DNA of 40,873 nucleotides from a virus (Duplodnaviria; Heunggongvirae; Uroviricota; Caudoviricetes): IMG/VR virus record IMGVR_UViG_2609460344_000022; one strand, 5' to 3'. Shown piece by piece: positions 37,107 to 40,873 of this stretch (position 1 is its first letter; each line of letters starts with the position of its first letter). The notes under the pieces were generated by a model. It saw only the letters and a program-made list of their open reading frames with translations, ran no database searches and was not told where the DNA came from. The position numbers and the translations under genes were made by a program.

Positions 37107-37568
37107 ATGAGCGAAAAAATTGCCGTTGTCTATATCGGCCCCAAACCCGTGAAAAAGGATACCCTTACCGGGAGTCGTACACTGTTCCCGCGTCTTGAGC
37201 CGGTGCATGTTGACAATGCGTTTGCTTGGCAGTTGCTGGCCTTTTCTGACGTCTGGGTTCGTCATGAAGAGCTTGATGGCGTACTGAAAAAGCAACAACA
37301 GGATGAGCAGTTGCGGCAGGCACAGCAGGCGCAGGAAAGAGAACAGGTTGCTCTTGCAGAAGCGGAGAACAGTTTTGTGGTTAGCGTTGGTGGTCAGGAT
37401 GTGGATTTGAGCAAACTCACGTCCGCACGGCTGGCAACGTTGTGTGAGGCAGAAGAGCTGAATATTCACAAAGACCCGAAAGAAACGGCTGATGCATTCC
37501 GTATCCGTGTGCGTGAGGCATTTCGCCGTCGTGTTGCGGAGACTGAACAGCATGGCGGAACTGACTGA
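37107..37568 (+). CDS. Hypothetical virion-associated protein
   Basis: 153-aa ORF, Gln/Glu-rich central segment. Confidence 0.45.
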   Translation: MSEKIAVVYIGPKPVKKDTLTGSRTLFPRLEPVHVDNAFAWQLLAFSDVWVRHEELDGVLKKQQQDEQLRQAQQAQEREQVALAEAENSFVVSVGGQDVDLSKLTSARLATLCEAEELNIHKDPKETADAFRIRVREAFRRRVAETEQHGGTD

Positions 37569-38115
37569 TTTTTTACCGTATGTCCGTCGCCATATCAGTG
37601 GTCCGCTGAACATTATGATGACGGATGCGTTATCCATGTCGGCAGTGGCATTCTGCCGTCAGTCCCTGTTGTGCCGCCGTGAAGCCACGCTGTCACCGTC
37701 AGCTGGAGAGGACTGTGTGCTGCCATATGACGCGGAGAATGAAGAGTGCGTACATATTATTCGTATCCTCGCTGACGGGCGTGAGCTTTTTGCCGGTCAT
37801 GATGTAGAAATCCGCCCGGGGCGGGTAATGCATTTTGCCTGTTCGCCCGGAGAGGGGAGTGTGCTTTATGCCGTTGCTCCGAAAGCAGGGAGCCGTCAGG
37901 TGCAGGATGAACTGCGGGCATGGTCTGAAGAAGTGGCAGCAGGGGCGCTTGAACGGTTGTTCATGCAGACCGGGGTTTCATGGTCAGACCCGTCGCGCGC
38001 ACAGTATTTCTCTGTGCTGTTTTCTGAGGGTATCCGTCGGGCATATCGCGACACACTGGCGACAAGTCCGTACTCCTCATACCGCAATCCTGTCCGCAGA
38101 CAAAGGTTTTACTGA
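37552..38115 (+). CDS. Hypothetical structural protein (start ATG 37552)
   Basis: 187-aa product; track ORF (37492) extends upstream in frame; overlaps previous gene end. Confidence 0.45.
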   Translation: MAELTDFLPYVRRHISGPLNIMMTDALSMSAVAFCRQSLLCRREATLSPSAGEDCVLPYDAENEECVHIIRILADGRELFAGHDVEIRPGRVMHFACSPGEGSVLYAVAPKAGSRQVQDELRAWSEEVAAGALERLFMQTGVSWSDPSRAQYFSVLFSEGIRRAYRDTLATSPYSSYRNPVRRQRFY

Positions 38116-38765
38116 TGACGACGATTACAGAAATCATCGGACGTGTGAATACACAACTGGTTGACCCGATGATGGTTCGCTGGCCCCTGCAGGAATTGTG
38201 CGATTATTACAATGATGCTGTGAGGGCAGTGATTCTGGCGAGACCGGATGCTGGCGCAAGCCTGGAAACAATCAGTTGTGTTCCGGGCGCCCGTCAGGTT
38301 TTGCCCGATGGTGTAATACAACTTCTTGACGTGATATGCCTCAGTGACGGTAGTGCAGTCAGACCATTATCCCGGGAGGTGCTGGATGCGCAGTATCCTG
38401 AGTGGCTCACAATGAAGGGCATTCCTGAATGTTTTATCAGCAACGACCTGTCCCCGCGCGTATTCTGGCTGTTTCCTGCTCCTGACAAAGAGATAAGTAT
38501 TGATGCAGTGGTAAGCCGGATACCGGAGGCAGTGTATGTTCTGACGCAGGACGATGATACGCCAGTTCCACTGGAAGATGCTTATGTTAACCCACTGGTG
38601 GACTGGATGTTGTTTCGCGCTTTCAGTAAGGATGCTGCCGGTGGCGCAGAATCGGGGCTGGCTGCGCAGCATTATCAGAGTTTTGTTGAGCAACTTGGGA
38701 TCAAACAGGGGGCAGACAGTGCATTGTCTGCCCGTAAAAAAGTGTTTAACGGAGGTGGAGTGTGA
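38115..38765 (+). CDS. Hypothetical structural protein
   Basis: 216-aa ORF immediately upstream of tail fibre gene. Confidence 0.45.
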   Translation: MTTITEIIGRVNTQLVDPMMVRWPLQELCDYYNDAVRAVILARPDAGASLETISCVPGARQVLPDGVIQLLDVICLSDGSAVRPLSREVLDAQYPEWLTMKGIPECFISNDLSPRVFWLFPAPDKEISIDAVVSRIPEAVYVLTQDDDTPVPLEDAYVNPLVDWMLFRAFSKDAAGGAESGLAAQHYQSFVEQLGIKQGADSALSARKKVFNGGGV

Positions 38766-40873
38766 GTGTTGTTGTTTCGGGGACGCTGAAATCTCCTGAT
38801 GGTGAGGCGATATCAGGAGCAAATATTACCCTGACGGCGCTGACAGTTTCACCGGATGCGCTCAGCGGCACCAGTGCGTCGGCAGTGACCCGTGAAGGTG
38901 GATATTACGGAATGACGATGGAACCGGGGGAGTATGCGGTTTCGGTGACGGTGAAAGGGAAGACTGCTGTCTACGGACGTGTGCGTATTGAGGGGACCGA
39001 AAGTACGGTGACGCTCAATATGCTGTTACGCCGCAGTCTTGTTGAGGTGAGCATACCCGGAGAACTGCTGACAGATTTCCGGCAGATACAGAATAATGTG
39101 GCTGATGACCTTGCCACTATTCGTCGCCTGAATGAAGACACGGCGACAAAAAACACTCAGGCCACACAGTCAAAAGACAGTGCAGCAGCCAGTGCGAAGA
39201 GTGCATCTGACAGTGCAAAGACGGCAACCAGCAGGGCGGCTGAAGCCGGACAAAAAGCCAGTGAAGCTGCAGAAGCAGCGACCCGGGCATGCGAGTCTGA
39301 AAAGGCCGCGGCAGCAGACGCGAATGATGCCAGACAACATGCTGAAACCGCCAGAGTGGCTCATGAGGCCGCCGGAGACGTTCTTAAACGTGCTGAGGCT
39401 GCTACGGTTAGTGCTGAAGAGGCCAGGCGTATGGCAGAGAATGCCAGAGGCCCTAAAGGTGATACCGGACCGAAAGGTGATGCAGGCCCTCGTGGAGAAA
39501 CAGGTCCACAAGGCGCACAAGGACCACGCGGTGAAACAGGACCGGTGGGGCCGCAAGGAGAGCGGGGGATTCAGGGGCCTGCTGGTCCACGAGGTGAAAC
39601 CGGGGCCAGAGGTGAAAAAGGAGCCCCCGGAGACCCGGGGGGACCACCCGGGCCGAAAGGTGATGCGGGACCTAAAGGTGACACCGGACCAGCCGGTCCC
39701 GCAGGTGAAAAAGGTGAGCCGGGAGAACGAGGGCCTCAGGGAGAGCAGGGGCTACGCGGACCTGCAGGAGAGAGAGGCCCGGCGGGGCCGCAGGGACCGA
39801 AAGGAGATGCCGGTGCGACAGGTCCGGCAGGTCCGAAAGGTGAACGAGGCGAAGCTGGGCCTGAGGGCCCCCGCGGGGAGCCTGGTCCGGCGGGCAGCGC
39901 AGCAAATGTGGTGGACGCGACGACGGCACAGAAGGGAATTGTGCAGCTAAGTAGTGATACTGCCAGTAATGACGAAACAAAGGCTGCCACGTCGAAGGCT
40001 GTGAAGGCGGCAATGGATGAGGCCAAGGCGGCGAGACAGAAGGCAGAAGAGGTTGCTGCAGGTGGTGGCGTTCCCGGCCCGAAGGGAGACAAGGGCGATA
40101 CGGGTCCGGCAGGCCCACAGGGACCGAAAGGGGATACGGGAGCCGCAGGCCCGGCAGGCGCACAGGGGCCAAAAGGTGACAAAGGCGATCCGGGGGTGGC
40201 TGGACCAGCAGGCCCGGCAGGCGCACAGGGGCCAAAAGGTGACAAAGGCGATCCGGGGGTGGCTGGACCAGCAGGCCCGGCAGGCGCACAGGGGCCAAAA
40301 GGTGACAAAGGCGATCCGGGGGTGGCTGGACCAGCAGGCCCGGCAGGCGCACAGGGGCCAAAAGGTGACAAAGGCGATCCGGGGGTGGCTGGACCAGCAG
40401 GCCCGGCAGGCGCACAGGGGCCAAAAGGTGACAAAGGCGATCCGGGGGTGGCTGGACCAGCAGGCCCGGCAGGCGCACAGGGGCCAAAAGGTGACAAAGG
40501 CGATCCGGGGGTGGCTGGACCAGCAGGTCCGGCAGGTGCGCCGGGGTCGAAAGGCGATAAAGGTGATCCGGGAGTGGCTGGACCAGCAGGTCCGGCGGGG
40601 CCACAGGGACCGAAGGGAGACACTGGAGCCCCCGGGCAAGGAACAGAACTGCTTACTACTGCCAATACATGGACTCAGGCACAAACTTTTAATGGTGGTA
40701 TTAATGGCAATTTGACGGTGACCGGAAACGGCTCATTTAACGATGTTCAGATCCGTTCGGATAAACGCAACAAGCGAAATCTGGTAAAACTGGATAATGC
40801 GTTAGATCGTCTGGAGGCACTTACTGGTTATCTTTACGAGATACAGTACTCTGCCGACGGTTGGCAAACGTCG
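38762..40873 (+). CDS. Side tail fibre protein with collagen-like (Gly-X-Y) domain; 3' end beyond window
   Basis: GTG start overlapping upstream stop; N-terminus '[22 protein letters not shown]' and '[10 protein letters not shown]...[15 protein letters not shown]' resemble lambda Stf; long GPKGD(T/K)G repeats; C-terminal '[24 protein letters not shown]' resembles S74 intramolecular chaperone start; no stop within window. Confidence 0.85.
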   Translation, partial: MSVVVSGTLKSPDGEAISGANITLTALTVSPDALSGTSASAVTREGGYYGMTMEPGEYAVSVTVKGKTAVYGRVRIEGTESTVTLNMLLRRSLVEVSIPGELLTDFRQIQNNVADDLATIRRLNEDTATKNTQATQSKDSAAASAKSASDSAKTATSRAAEAGQKASEAAEAATRACESEKAAAADANDARQHAETARVAHEAAGDVLKRAEAATVSAEEARRMAENARGPKGDTGPKGDAGPRGETGPQGAQGPRGETGPVGPQGERGIQGPAGPRGETGARGEKGAPGDPGGPPGPKGDAGPKGDTGPAGPAGEKGEPGERGPQGEQGLRGPAGERGPAGPQGPKGDAGATGPAGPKGERGEAGPEGPRGEPGPAGSAANVVDATTAQKGIVQLSSDTASNDETKAATSKAVKAAMDEAKAARQKAEEVAAGGGVPGPKGDKGDTGPAGPQGPKGDTGAAGPAGAQGPKGDKGDPGVAGPAGPAGAQGPKGDKGDPGVAGPAGPAGAQGPKGDKGDPGVAGPAGPAGAQGPKGDKGDPGVAGPAGPAGAQGPKGDKGDPGVAGPAGPAGAQGPKGDKGDPGVAGPAGPAGAPGSKGDKGDPGVAGPAGPAGPQGPKGDTGAPGQGTELLTTANTWTQAQTFNGGINGNLTVTGNGSFNDVQIRSDKRNKRNLVKLDNALDRLEALTGYLYEIQYSADGWQTS
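40157..40540 (+). repeat. 63-bp tandem repeat (about 6 copies) encoding collagen-like 21-aa units
   Basis: 'ggcgcacaggggccaaaaggtgacaaaggcgatccgggggtggctggaccagcaggcccggca' repeats with period 63 starting at 40157, 40220, 40283, 40346, 40409, 40472; degenerate copy follows. Confidence 0.9.

Noticed and set aside
39132-40715. Track ORFs 39132..39950 (+), 40017..40715 (+), 39672..40604 (-), 39736..40665 (-), 39947..40684 (-)
   Set aside because: All lie in the GC-rich collagen-repeat region of the tail fibre gene and are off-frame or antisense artefacts of the Gly-X-Y repeats; the real frame is the one encoding GPKGD(T/K)G

Overview
This window is most of a lambdoid prophage, running from the integrase at the left edge to a tail fibre gene that is truncated by the right edge. 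Gene order is int-xis, a leftward early operon (N-like gene, several unknown genes, gam, bet, exo; the Red proteins match lambda closely from memory), an immunity region (LexA-like cI, cro, cII with OR/OL repeats and matching nutL/nutR boxB hairpins), a replication module (O-like, DnaC-like), a nin region (NinB, NinE, NinH, RusA, DUF1364, Rha antirepressor, Q of the phage 21/82 type), a late region with NanS-p-like esterase, pinholin, SAR endolysin and Rz/Rz1, then terminase, portal, capsid and a collagen-repeat tail fibre. No tRNA, stx, CRISPR or IS element was seen. The strongest candidates for new biology are: (1) an AT-rich operon between cI and pL encoding a eukaryotic-like Ser/Thr kinase with an overlapping unknown partner; (2) a duplicated cassette of consensus promoter, short structured RNA and terminator upstream of two paralogous ORF6N genes, with compensatory stem changes; (3) a toxin island in the nin region (hok-type locus, Doc/Fic module, decayed RelE-like toxin with intact antitoxin); (4) an Ais-like heptose-phosphatase moron after the lysis cassette. 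All calls rest on reading the sequence and on recalled protein families; no database search was run.
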